Shown here piece by piece: positions 1 through 12,528 of a stretch of DNA of 64,000 bases. The DNA is taken from NCBI GenBank assembly GCA_053919585.1, contig CM132806.1; one strand, given 5' to 3'. The first letter of the stretch is position 1; each line of letters starts with the position of its first letter. The notes under the pieces were generated by a model. The model saw nothing but the letters and a program-made list of their open reading frames with translations. It was not told the origin of the DNA and did no database searches. Made by a program: the position numbers and the translations under genes. This DNA comes from Euprymna scolopes (Eukaryota).

Positions 1-1039
1 CACACATGTATATATATATAACATGTGCGTGGATATATAATCTTAAATGGTCGCTCGGTTGGAATGTATGAAGTAGCGGGTGACTGTCGTTTGTGACAAA
101 GGGAAGAGAACTGCTGGTGTCTTTGTCAGAATCCATCTATCAAACAATTATTGTCGGCAGTTGTGATTGTTTTTGTTTTTGTTTTGTTTTTTACTTTGAA
201 ATAATGTACTTTAGCTTCTTACATCAAGTGGGTTCAGGCATTGTCTGGAGCGATATCAATTTTTAAAAATAAATTTCAAACAGCATTTTTTGGTGTGTGA
301 TGCCGGTGTCTTAAATGCGATTTTCAGCGAAAACCGCGCAAATTGAATGGGCACTTGTTAAAAATATACACTCTTCTTTTTTTTCTATTGTCTCTTCTAT
401 AATTGAATTGAAAAAACAACAGACAACAATTTGCAGCTTTTTCTTAGAGGCGAATTTTATTTTATGCCCTGACAACTTGTTTCAATTTGTTTAACGAAAT
501 TAACAACATATTTGCATAATTTTAAAATAAAATGTCTTCCAACTTGGAGATCGAAAAGTTTACAAACGAAATAACATTATTATTTCTTCATTAATTACGA
601 AACCATAAATTTTTTTATTTTAGTATTTTTGGAATCTGAAGATTCCGTAAAGTTATTTTCTCTCATACTCCTCTCCCATCCCCTTACTATAGTTTGAATA
701 ATGCTATAGACATGGTTCGTTGATTTTAAACGGTCGTACGGACACCACTGATGCTCCCTTTCATAAATTTAGTCCCTGTGAACCAGATTAGTCTATGGCT
801 GGGATTGGTTTCCACGATATCTTTCTAGTTGTATTTTTTACTGGAAAAACATCGGATACTTACAGGAGGGACCATGTGAAAGTTGCCAACATTCTAATTG
901 AACGTAATTCTGTAGAACGATCCGGATTCTGTCATGGAGCAGCAATATTCTCCGTCAATGCCGTTAACCACTTAGCCACCGTTATCTGCCAGGAATGATG
1001 CTAAATACTCAAGTCACGGAAATTTGGTAGTTGTCCCGG

Positions 1040-2215
1040 GAAATATTAAAAAGCTAACAAACTACTTTTGATGGATCATAAACTGAGATAGCAGAGAAGT
1101 TTAAGTTATCAGAAGGTCATGTATTCGTCATTTTGCATAAACATGAAAACTTCCAAGTATTCCAAGTGGGTGCCGCGTTCGCTCATAATTGAATATGAAC
1201 AATAACGCTTATGAATTTTTGATAGGAGGATTGGTTATTCGCATTATTTAGATTCATCGGACTACTGTCCTCATCTTTAGTGCCATTTTCATCACATTTC
1301 GGTCGATGTAACTCCGACCTTCTTCAGGTGCATCTTATCGAACTCTGGAATGTGTCTGCCGAATTCAGGAATTCAGACGGAATTTCGGACGGGATCTTTT
1401 ATTTACTCAACGCAAGCAGCATTGGCGCAATGTTTAGAGCATTTGGAAAAATCAATTGTAAAAGTGATATTCTCCTGGAGGTTGAGAGTTGAAAGTTCAA
1501 TTCTCAGTGTGGGCGACCGAAAATTATTTAGAACCTCTATCCAGTCATGGCTGACGGAACGGGAGCATGCCATCACCGTAAAGTAAATAAAAAGTGCCGT
1601 TTGAAATTCCCTCCAAGTTCCCGAGTTCAACAAGATACACCTGAAAAAAAAATCGAAGGATACATCGACCGAAACGTTGTTAAAATAACATTCAAGATAA
1701 GACCAGTAGTTCGAAAAATCCAAATAATACAAAACAAAAAAGCCTTGGCGATTCAGAACGTTATTTACAACTATTTTAATGCAACGTTTTTTGTTTTTTT
1801 TTTGGGGGGGGGGAATCAAATCGGTAAATAGCTAGTGATTAATAGAAGGTGGAGATCGTACAAAGCGACCAAAGAAGGAAACATCAACAGACAAGATTTC
1901 GCCCTCGATATTCTGGTAGGCGAAAAGTACATTGTACATCGGTTACGTTGTAAAAAGAAAAAGCAATTAATATTATTGGTGCGTTTTTGAAGAAACGAAT
2001 GACCCGAAAACGGCCATAAATAAACAAGAAAACGTGCTATTTAATCAAAACTATGTACATGAATTGCCCTTTGTATTGCTTCAGCAGCTAGCCTACGTTT
2101 TTCATGAGATCATACTTTCAAACAATGGGGTCAATGTACTGTATGTTTATTCGCCATAAAACTACATTCTTAGGTTATTACGAATATTTAATCGGAGAGA
2201 GTGATTGTTGAAACA
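1040..2215 (+). pseudogene. Highly decayed mariner transposase, split by the 1210-1760 fold-back insertion
   Basis: Manual translation gives EIAEKFKLSEGHVFVILH..KWVPRSL (WVP motif, ~1085-1185). After the insertion it resumes as TKRPKKETSTDKISPSIFW*AK, which resembles mariner PKRPK.QQSAGKVMASVFWD. Many stops and frameshifts. Confidence 0.6.
1210..1760. mobile_element. Fold-back element with ~190-bp inverted arms carrying hammerhead-like cores (Penelope-like terminal repeats)
   Basis: The reverse complement of 1210-1408 aligns with 1580-1760 (gtaaataaaaag..gagttc.a.aagat.cacctgaa..tacatcgaccgaaa). The left arm, on the minus strand, reads CTGAAGA-A-GGTCG-loop-CGACC-GAAA. Related copies at 2270-2415(-), 25235-25645, 30970-31140 and 43984-44065(-). 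Confidence 0.75.
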
Positions 2216-2429
2216 CGTGATTTTAGAGACAAAGTTTTTAAAAAATAGTAAGAACTCAACATTTTTAAATTTCGAAATTTTTTAGATGAGGATTGGTTAT
2301 TCGTAATATTTAACTTCTTCAGACTACTGTTCTCATTTGAAGTCTGATTTTCACAATATTTCGCTTGATGTAACCTCCGACCTTCTTCAGGTGTATCTTG
2401 TCGCATTCGAGAATGTTTCTGTCGTGATA

Positions 2430-2650
2430 TTGTAAACAAGCACAATGGAATTAAATGAACGACGTTATCATTATTATTGATTTATTTATTCATTTATTTA
2501 TTTATTTATTTTGCGAACTAGTCCACCGGGAAAATTGTTCCTTGTAATATATAATATTAAATAGAGGATTGATACATACGCAATTTGCATAGATTAAAAT
2601 ATCATGTTTAAGCGTATTGTACGACCGGGCAACGCCAGGCGTCCAGCTAG
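2430..2650 (+). mobile_element. Non-autonomous Helitron 3' fragment
   Basis: Ends in a GC hairpin ccgggcaacgccagg followed by CTAG|T. Homologous to 32594-32690(-) and 47330-47455(+). Confidence 0.65.
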
Positions 2651-3121
2651 TGTTATCTAAATTAGTAAATGCGAAAGCTTTTCCACCTATCTTATTCCAA
2701 TCATATTACTAGCAGGTCCCGTGTCCTGGCGTTGTCGTGGGTTATATAAATAAGTGATTTAAATATAAAAATAAATAATCTAGGCGGTTTAAATAGAATT
2801 TAACTTGTAAAATAAATAGCTCCTCCCTCCGCTCATGAAATGATATTGAATATCAATTGTTTTGACGCAAATAGGTTACAAACATATCTAAGAACATTTT
2901 TCGGCTTTATGCCAGTCTGGATCTACCACTTGACAGCACATTTATGCTCACCTCTAACGCCCAGTGTCTACCATCACTCACAGTCAATGATTTGTATCAC
3001 GTAACTCAAATTAACCAATCAATCGCCATTATTTATAAATAAAAAGAATCGTCTGAGTTCAATATTTAAAAATTAAAAGCTGGTTCTTATTTTTCCGCCT
3101 CTTGAATATTTGCCGACTACA

Positions 3122-3800
3122 ATAGTTCCCCCCACCCTGAAACAAGGAGGGTGGACCTGTAAAATCACCCTCGTCCGATCGTCTGTCTTAAATTTTCTCA
3201 ATAACAACGCCTTAGAATTTTTAAGAGAGCGGATTTTTCGGAAAAGCTCCGGTTGTCCCCTTCGGGGTCCCTTTCGGGTTAAAATAGCTAAAATTCACAC
3301 TTTTGAGTTTTTTAAAAGAAATAATTTGTATAAAACTTTCTGAAAAGTTGTAACTAACTGATTTCTATATAATTTTGTTTGTCTATACTTCGCGATAACT
3401 TTTGGGTGTGTCCCAGGGGATTTTTAGTGCTAATAAAGACACTCCATCTTCAGGACTATTTTACCATATTTGTCCAAAATTTTCTGTGTATGTCTATTTA
3501 TCAGTTTTGCATAGTTTTTAACTCAAATTTAAATATGTTAAAGCCGTAGGGATTTGAGGGGGGGCTAAATGTGGGAGGGGCAAATAATGGACTTAGTCAT
3601 TTCTTTTTTGCATAGTAAAGAACTCAACTTTACATATGTTAAGGCCTAAAACTGCACAGTTTGTTCATTTTCACCAGGATTTTACGTCCCCTGGGGACTT
3701 TTGTGACAAAATGGTGGGGAAAAATGCTGAACTTAGTCATTTTTCCCTCGTTCACTGTGCACTCACGGGGGATCATGCATCTTTCAGTTGTTGTTATTTT
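3122..3800 (+). mobile_element. Helentron-associated (HINE/DINE-1-like) non-autonomous element
   Basis: 5' hairpin ccaccct..agggtgg, then a gtccgatcgtctgtc microsatellite remnant, and a 3' gggggat complementary to the 5' tcccccc. Called on architecture only. Confidence 0.45.
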
Positions 3801-4282
3801 TACGCTTCATTTTTATGTTGATACTTTTCAAAATTGAATTAACTTACATGGTTTTCTCCAATCAAAAAACCTAAACTTTGTCATCAGTTTAAATATTTTG
3901 CTATATTTACGATTTCCACTTTTCTTCCGGTTGATCCTTTCATTTTAATTAATTTTGATGGTATATTTAGATTATTAAATTGTTAGGTAAAAGTACAGAG
4001 GAGGTAAAGGGACTCCCATGTCTACATTAAGAAAGTATTTTTTTTTAATAATAACGTTATTATTCAGAAAAAAAATAATTTTAACATGGGGAAGTTCAAC
4101 CGGAAGTGAAATGGAAACAGTAAGTGTAAAGATAAGAATGTTTGTCAGTTTATTTTTATTTTGCAAAATAGAATTAAAGTTAAAGTGTAGTATTTGTTCT
4201 GGATAAATTATGAAAGCGTATGCCTAAACAGAATAGGATAAAAAAAAATGTGTACAGACGATATAATGACTTTATAGTGTTA

Positions 4283-4698
4283 CTAGCATTTAAGCCCAGC
4301 GTTGCCCAGGTGTTTGGAGGTGTGTATTGTGCAAAATAACAAAAAAAGTGGTAGTAGGAAGGCAGGCTCGAACCCCTACCGCGAATGACTAAAAGAACGG
4401 GAAAAAACCTGACGTGTTTGCTGTTATGACCACCGCCAAAGCGGATGTGACATAGGTTTTAATTAAGGCTAGACAATCGAAAAGAGGGGATGACTTTCGA
4501 AAATATCGGTGAAAAAAGCGATCCTTTCCTTTAGAAAAGTGCCCAGTTGAGGGTGAACAAATTAATGTTTTTAGCCAATTTTTCGGTATTTGTCGTCTTA
4601 AGGGTCGAGCTTCAGAACGATACTGATCTTGTGAAAATTCGTCACCTCTATCGAAAGTTTTAGGTAGACATGCAAACATACCTACATACATTTATATA
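4283..4698 (-). mobile_element. Non-autonomous Helitron
   Basis: Minus-strand end cctgggcaacgctgggc..gCTAG|T. Reverse-complement homology to 49045-49573. Confidence 0.7.
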
Positions 4699-4699
4699 T

Positions 4700-5168
4700 T
4701 GGTAGCTTAAATTTTCGACCCAAACCGATTAAAAAGGTTGGCCCATCTCTGAATACACTTCATGTAAAATTTCAAATGTTTAGACCAGAGATTGTCTGAG
4801 TAATTTGGTAGAGACCGCAGAGGTCAAAATTTTTTTAACTTTGACCCCCTATTATGGCCCCTTAAAATTTATTGTTTTGGGCTCAATGTCCAAGCAACCT
4901 ATATCTAAAATTTAAATTGTTTATGCCCAAAATTGTCGGAGGAGTTTGGTAGAGTTCTCAAAGGTCAAATCGTTGAACTTTGACTTCTTAACAGCCAAAT
5001 TTCTGGCCGAAATCGGATTACAAAGATGTATCCAAATCTCAGTACTCTGTATATCAAATTTCGAATCTGTAGACTTTAAATTGACAGAGTTATTGCGTAG
5101 GGAAATGTACACAGACAGACACACAGACACACACAGTCAGACAAACAGACACTGTCACTTTTATAGAT
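4700..5168 (-). mobile_element. Non-autonomous Helitron, 5' part, with internal sub-repeats
   Basis: Reverse-complement homology to 33895-34400 (tgtacatttccctac, aaagttcaacgatttgacctttga). Confidence 0.65.
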
Positions 5169-5189
5169 ATATAGATGTGTATATATATG

Positions 5190-5225
<36 letters not shown>

Positions 5226-5254
5226 CGTGTGTGTGTGTGTGATGAGAATAATAG

Positions 5255-6310
5255 AAATAGTATTCTGACGAAATAGACAAATAAAAAAGGCAAGAAACTA
5301 AGTTATGTGTTCATCTACGTTTCGTCTTTATTTCGAGACTTCCTCTGGATGAATGAAATTTAGAAAAGAAAACACCAGTACAAATATTTGAAAAAAAAAC
5401 TTATCATTGAATTTTTTTCATAAATATTTGTACTTGTGTTTTGTTTTTTAATTTCACTAATCCAGGGGAAGTCTGGAAATAATGAGAAAATACTGCAANN
5501 NNNNNNNNNNNNNNNNNNNNNNNNNNNNNNNNNNNNNNNNNNNNNNNNNNNNNNNNNNNNNNNNNNNNNNNNNNNNNNNNNNNNNNNNNNNNNNNNNNNN
5601 NNNNNNNNNNNNNNNNNNNNNNNNNNNNNNNNNNNNAAACATATTTAATCTGAAAAGGAAACACGAGATAAATGGATAGTCCTTAATCCGCGGAGCTTCG
5701 AAGAAATACTTTCCTTCTCATCAGAGGGTAGGAATTAGCAAGATGTGGGATCGGATTTTGCATGCAGAAGTATTTGATGAAACAACAAGTAAGTAAAAGA
5801 TCTTACTTGAAAACAAAAAAAGTGAAGCAGAGGGAATATGGTAAAGAAAAAGGTTATTACACACGAATGGATAGTCTGGTAGAAGATCAAAAATCCAGTG
5901 ACGGTAAAATCCAAATGTAAAACTTCAAGAAAGTTAAAAGAATTTCCATTTGTACAAGTAAAATCCAAGGAAATCCTTAATTGGAAGAAGATAGTCCATA
6001 ATAATCCAAAGGCAGAAATCCATGGAATAATTCACAAAAATGTGTACAGGGAAAAAAAAAGATTCCAATAATATTAATAAAAGAAAAATAAGATGTGCTT
6101 TTCACTCTACTTCCGAGACATAAATATAAATAATAAAAATCTGGGAAGAGAAAGAAAAAAAAATGATGATAAAGTTAAATATAAAATATAAAATAAAGGA
6201 AAACAAAAGTCAAAATGACCCAGACAGGAAATGTTAAAGGCGCGAAAAAATATATAGGGCAAAATAATATAGGTCAACTGAAATGTACAGCTCCAAAAGC
6301 TCAAAGAACC
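5255..6310 (-). mobile_element. Penelope-like terminal/UTR remnant with two degenerate hammerhead motifs
   Basis: Minus 5679-5730 reads CTGATGA-GAAGGAA-agta-TTTCTTC-GAAG-c-TCCGCGGA. Minus 5308-5352 reads cagagga-a-GTCT..AGAC-GAAA-cgtag. The same terminus occurs at 36238-36283, 39315-39390 and 55030-55100. Confidence 0.5.
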
Positions 6311-6874
6311 TGTTTATGTGTGCTGTATATACATATATATCTAATAAACGAATATATCATAACACAGTAGAACGCGGATGATGGCAATCCCCTCCTCCTT
6401 TTAACTCGATCTTAGACTGATTTGTATCCGGCTACCAAACTATAAAGACATACAAAAGAATTTTGCTTCCTGCAGGTGCAAAAACAACTAATAACAATTT
6501 TATCGATGAAATTGTGTTCTTTGCCGACAAAATAGATATATAACTGTTATGGGGTACAAATCACCCCCATTTGAGAACTAAGTAGAATCAACCAGTCCTA
6601 TGAATACCACGGGTTCAGGAGATTAGATGGAGACATTCGGACCATGTTTAAACGCATGTTGTGAATTCTTTCCAGGCATTTTTCTAATTTGCTACAAATT
6701 TGAAAAAGTCGTACCCACTTGACCACTCGTTGGTCATTTAAGGGCTTTTCTTGTTTGGCTATAGGGACCGACCCCTTCTTTGGGTGAGTGGTCCCTTAAG
6801 AATTGTTTTTGTTTACTTGTACCCAATTGGGGTTGTTGTTGTTTTTACTAATTGTTGTTTTCCATTTTTTGCAG

Positions 6875-9437
6875 ATAGTCCAGGGTCTGGACCCAACTTA
6901 AGCAGCCGGCAAGGCTAAGGGAAACCGACGTGCCTTTTTAGGCGAAGGTCCCCCTGGTTTCCAAATCGGCGCGTTGGGAAAGGGCACTGGGCCAACACTT
7001 AGGGGGCAGGCCTCTGCCTCTTCACCATGTGTGACGCCCCTGGTGTAGCGATCGTGAAGGGTTTGGGGGTTCCGCTCCGAAGGGTACCCCCAGTTCGAGA
7101 AGGGTAACCGGGGTCGCCGCCCCATCCGTGAGTTCGATCGGTGTGTGTTCGGAGGTCGCCATCCAAGGTTCAGTTGCGGTCGGAAGGGTGACAGCCGCAG
7201 GGGTTGCCGCCCCAAAGGGCAACACCATTTCGAAGTCGAGATTGGTTTCGAGGGATGCCACCCCAAAAGGCACCACCAAGGCGGATACGGTCACGGTTCC
7301 GGGAATCGCCACCCCAGTGGTTCGAGCGAGTGTCCTGGCAATACAGAGAGAGTGACTGCGGTGGAAGCAACGCCAGAGCTAACGGCGGAACCCTTCTCAT
7401 TTGCAAGTATAGGAGTGACACCCTGGAAGACGCCGACAACAGTGGTGGCCACAACCAAGGAGTAGATAGTCGAGGCATGGAAACAGTTGCTGGAAACCAC
7501 TCCGAACGCCGAGAGCATTGAGGAAGATTATAGAATGACAAGAAAAATGAAAAGCAGACCGGTCAAACGTTGGTGGGCCCGCAACGAGTAAGAAGCTGCG
7601 TCAACACCGCCACCAACGCAGACGCAATCTGAAACGAGTAGCCCCCATAAACCGTAAGAAGCGGGACTGAGGAAAACGAAATCCCTTGAAGTAATTGTTG
7701 TGAATGGGTGCTCCCCGGGAGTGGGGGATCAATGGAAGTGACGCCAGTCAGTGCGGTCGATTGGCCAGCCCTCACAACGAGTGACTCATCCCCAATACCA
7801 CCGGGGAAAAAGCCGAAAAGTGAAAGCCAGCCAGCAGCCGACACGCCCAAAGAACCTGAAAAGACTGCTACAACGTGGGGCCTCAAGGAAGGTCAGATAA
7901 ATATCCTGGAATACTATCGAGACCTCTTCAATAACAAATTCCAGGGCTACGTGGAGGGAAACACCCTAAAAGTGTTGCCAGGGAGACTGGAGGATATACA
8001 GCTGAGATCGGTTTCCCTGGTAACCCTTGAAGTAAAAGGAAGGGGTCTCACCGGGGTCCCCAAAGAGAAGATGTTGGAGGTACTGGTCGAATTGAAGGTC
8101 CCCGCCCAGTATATAGTCCGGCGCAGTTATGCCATGTCGGATCTCCTTTTGCCAACAAATAGGAAGCGGAAAGAATAGCAAAAGGGGATCTCACATCGAA
8201 GAATTAAGGATGAAACCGGAGTACCAATCGAAACGGAGAACTACGGTCACGGTGATAGGCGTGCTGTGTTTCATAGATGGGGACTAGCTGGGAGCCACGA
8301 TGTCCCAGTTTGGTGAGGTAGAGGGGATACAGCCAGTGATGGGGCCCCGAAATAAACGAACAGGCGACTATAAGATCCCTATGAGAGTGAATAGGAAGGG
8401 ATTCAATGAGATCTTTTCCCAGCTGACATGCGAGGGCTGGCAGATGCTGGTAATAGTCGAGGGGAGAAGGCCGTATTGCTGGCATTGCCACAAACCGGGG
8501 CATGTATCAAAATTCTGCACCCAGAAGAAAGCGCCTGAGAAGGAAGAAGATATAAGAAAGCCAGCGGAGGAAATAGAGGAGAAAAAAGAGACTGAAAAAT
8601 GCGAAGCCGTTACCTGGAGCCAGGTTGCCTCGAAAAAGGCAAAAAGACAGGAAGGGCTGGCTCCCCAGGCAACACCGAGAGGAGCGACAGTGACGGCCAA
8701 GCGGAAACTCCGTGTGAGCTCCTCCGAGTCTGAAAGAAGGGAGGAAAGGGGCAAGACCAAACAGGCAGGAAAAAGGGAACGGAAAGAACACCAAGACGAA
8801 GAAGCTGAGCCTCCAACCCAGACCCCCCACGAGGAAGCTCAGCCCACCCCTCCCCAATTCAACACCCCGAGATAAAGGAGCAAGGTGAAGCTCCGGTTAC
8901 AGAAGCCGCAGCGATAGAAGCAGAGCTGGCAGAGAAGAAGCAAGACAAGCAAGAGAGGAAAAATCAAGAAAGTTTCCCTTTCTGGCCGAGGGAACGCCTC
9001 TGTAAAGTGACGGCAGAAGATACGACCGGCGACCTCAACGGAAGACAAAAGAAGTTCCTGAGGAACCTCGTCAACCTCTCAAAGGTTGACGGGAAGGAGG
9101 TCGCCGATCCCCGGAACTTCAGTGATGTTCCACAGCTCATTACATTCGTGAGACCAAATAGGGGAGGAAGGCTGGAAAAATGACCTTCAAGGGATTGCGT
9201 ATAATTGACGGGGAGCACCCATCTCTTGGGCAAATTGCCCAAAAATGTAGAGGGGGGGTCCCTATTTACGTTCACCCATCCTTTTATAGGGCATTAAAAG
9301 TGACGTTCCCCTTGGACGTCAGAGGCCTGGAACAAGACGGACGGCTTACGTCCGACCTGCTCACGGGCAGTATTGGTCAGACCTTCGACGGACTTACTCC
9401 CGAAGATTTTAGACACATCTGTGACGAATACTACTAG
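6875..9437 (+). pseudogene. LINE ORF1 (nucleic-acid chaperone) with CCHC zinc knuckle, fragmented
   Basis: ORF pieces 7128-7465, 7708-8178, 8300-8875 (CWHCHKPGHVSKFC = CX2CX4HX4C) and 9180-9437. The start is uncertain. Confidence 0.8.
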
Positions 9438-9447
9438 TTAGGGAATA

Positions 9448-12060
9448 ATGGCCACGGGCTTGAATCTAGCTAGTTTTAATGCGAGAAGCATGAGATCCCG
9501 AAGCAAGGCTTCTCGCGTGCTGAGGGATCTCCTGGCCCTTGAGGTAGACGTAGCTGCATTGTAGGAGACCCACTTTGTTTGGGCCGGGGATTTCTGTATG
9601 CTGGTAAACGACTTTGACGTTTACTCAGCATATGGCAATCTCCGTAGCTGTGGGTTTTCTGTTCTAGTGAGTCGCACCCTGTCTGCGACGTTTACCGTTG
9701 TCCACACGGACGCTAGTGGAAGGTTGGTCGTGGTCGATGTTGCCGATAAAAGCGGCGAGTTCCGGATCGTGGCACCTAACGTCTGCAGCGAGAGGGTTTC
9801 CTTTTTTCGGCGGGTGGAGGTGTTTCTCTCTTCGGGTCCGGAGCAGGTAGTGTAAATGGGGGACTGGAATGCCATCCTGGACCCCAAATGAGATAAGGTC
9901 GAGGGGATAGAGGGTCGGAGAGGTGTGAAAGCAGCCTGTCTGACCTGATGGTCTCGTGTGATCTTGTCGAGAGATTCCGTCTGGATCACACAAGGAGGGA
10001 GGTGTGGACGTGGCAAAATCATATGGCCTCCCGTCCTACTTGGATAGTATTTTAGTTAGAAGAGGCGACATAGATTTCTTATCTTGTTCCACGTTCCACT
10101 GGCTAGGTCATTCGGACCACAAACTGGTTATAGTCCGTTTGAAGTTAAGTAATAGGCCTAGGTTGGCTGGCTACTGGAAGTTGAACGCCTCCTTGTTGGA
10201 GTTGGAAGACTTCTGGTAGCAGCTGACAACACTAATTCAGCGGGAGTTAGTGGGGGCGGTTACCGGGAGTAGCTGGTGGGTTAGACTTAAGGATATCATT
10301 AGGCACTTTTGCGTCCAATATAGCCAACGCCTCGCGTTAACTAGGGCTCGGACCAAAAGGCACTTAGAGGATAGGCTGACCCGGGCAGTGGCAGGAGAGG
10401 ATCCACTAGAGCTAGTGCTAGCTAAGGGGGACTTGGATCGCTGTGCTAGTAAGCGATATGCGGGTCAAGTAGTTAGATCTAGGTTAAAAAGAGTTTCCAA
10501 CGAAGCCGTAAACGTTGACGCTGTTAAGCGTGGGGCTGCCCTAAGACGCGGCTCGGACGGGTACATTGGGGAAGTGAAAAACCTGGAAGGGCACACTCTC
10601 GTATCGCCACGAGAGATTTGCAACGGGTTTTGAGAACATTTGGAGGAGCGCTTCACCCAACTATCCCGAGTCTGCGGCCAGGAGTTTGGCAGCTATTTAG
10701 CTGGCTCGGCCCGCCTTACTGCGGCCCTAGCGGCTAGCTGCGAGGGGATGGTTACGGAGCGTGAGATCATTACTGCGTTGAAGCAGGTTGGATATAACAA
10801 ATCTCCAGGACTCGATGGTCTGCCTTTCGAACTGTTCTTGAGGTTGTCGCCCATGTTTGTGCCCCTTCTGAAGGGCGTGTTTAACCACTGGTTTGCGCAG
10901 GGCTCGATCCCTGGGCAGGTTACCAAACGAGTGGTGACGCTTCTGAAGAAGGGAGAACGGCATGGTTGGCGGAATCTAGATGAGTATAGGCCCATCACTC
11001 TGCTAAACACGGAGTTAAAGATTTTGTGCCGAGTTCTTGCAAATCGACTGCAGGTTGTTATCGGTGACTTGGTCGAGCCGGATCAGAACTTCTGTGAAGG
11101 GTCGATCGATTTAAAACAACTTGCACTTGGTACGCACGATCATAGAGGGTTTAGAAGCCGACACATAAGCCGCGCTGATCAATTTAGATCAGTCCAAGGC
11201 GTTCGATAGGGTCGACCATGGTTTCTTGGAATCTGTTTTAGAGATCGCCGGCTTTGGTCCGGAATTCCACAAGTGGGTCTCTGTTCTGTATCGTGATCCC
11301 GCCGTAGTGGTGCAAGTAAATGGTAGGTTGTCGGAGCCCTTTGGGGTTTCTCGGTCGGTGCGCCAGGGTTGTCCGCTGCCGCCTCTGTTATATGTCCTGG
11401 CGTTGGAGCCGTTCCTTTTCAAATTAAGGGACGAGGCGACGAGACCAGTCCTGTGCGGCATAGCTCTACCTGGCGGCAAATTTGCCAGGGTGACCACGTA
11501 CGCTGATGATGTCACCGTTTTCGTTACGCAAGAAAGCGATATTAGAGCGGTGATGGAGGCGATCGCTGAGTATGAAGTTGTCACAGGGGCTGTAGTCAAG
11601 CAAGTCCACTGGCCTGCGGTTGGACGCCTGGACCGGGGTAAACTCGCTTCAAGGTGCGTTCGGCTGGACGGAAAGCCGGTTAAGATCCACGAAGTGTGAT
11701 TTGGGCCTGGACACCAGCTGGACAAGAATTGGTCGGAGGTACAGACGAAGGTCGAGTCGTCGGTAGGGACTTGGATTCAGAGGAAATTGTCCTTGAGGGG
11801 TCGTGTGGAGGCATGTGTTACTTATGTGTTTCGGCTGATTCTTTACCGCTTGTCTGTTCTTCCCCTGCCTGCAGACCACTGTAAGGCTTTAGAGCGCCTC
11901 CTGTGGAAGGGAGGAAAGCCGTATATCCGTAGACAGGTCTGTACGCAGAAACTTGGCGAGGGAGGCTTAGGAATGCCTGACCTGCAGAGCCATAAGCACG
12001 CCGAAAGATTGACGTTCCTGATTCGGACACATAAGCACGCCGAAAGATTGGCGTTCCTGA
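9448..12060 (+). pseudogene. LINE ORF2: AP endonuclease plus reverse transcriptase, disrupted
   Basis: ATG at 9448 (MATGLNLASFNAR). APE motifs ETH, GDWNAILD, SDHKLV and YWKLNASLL. RT motifs KSPGLDG, YRPITLLNTELKIL, SKAFDRVDH, RQGCPL, YADDVT and GGLGMPDL, typical of L1/Tx1. Confidence 0.93.
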
Positions 12061-12195
12061 GTTCGAACCCAGCAACACGAGCCATCTCTGGATCGATTAG
12101 CAAAGACCATTAACTGCGAGAAATAACGTTAAATTTAAACATTTTATTTTTAAATGTTCTTTACGTCAGTCACAGTGATCTAATCGTTATAGGAT

Positions 12196-12227
<32 letters not shown>

Positions 12228-12319
12228 ATCTGAGTTTATTATTTTCCAGAGGTAAATTAACCAATGAAGTTTAACGAGGTTAATACAAGAGTGCTCAATA
12301 CCGAAATAGGGCAGGGTAT

Positions 12320-12528
12320 GCTTTTTATTTTTTTTTTGCATAAGTAGTAATATGTTGCTACACAGTCATGAGCATGTTTCGATAAACTAATTGCGCGATA
12401 CAGCTTATACGAAAACAAAGGTTGCAAACTTAGCTATAGTATAAGCTGTATCGCCTGATGAGGTCTCTAGTTGCTAGCAACTAGTTGAACAAAACATGAA
12501 TATATTACTTACTGCTTAGGTAAAAACA

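Larger units (their letters stand above)
6720..12060 (+). mobile_element. L1/Tx1-clade non-LTR retrotransposon, inactivated and 3'-truncated
   Basis: GC-rich block with a gag-like ORF1 and an APE-RT ORF2 starting 10 nt after the ORF1 stop. Many stops and frameshifts. Ends in a 39-bp tandem duplication. Confidence 0.92.

Noticed and set aside
855-990. Possible minus-strand host exon ending at a GTAAGT donor (~863)
   Set aside because: Frames from the upstream acceptor contain stops, and the segment begins with an A-box-like TGGCTAAGTGG, so a SINE relic is more likely.
6898-11879. Minus-strand ORFs across the LINE
   Set aside because: They are antisense shadows of GC-rich ORF1/ORF2 with no recognisable motifs.
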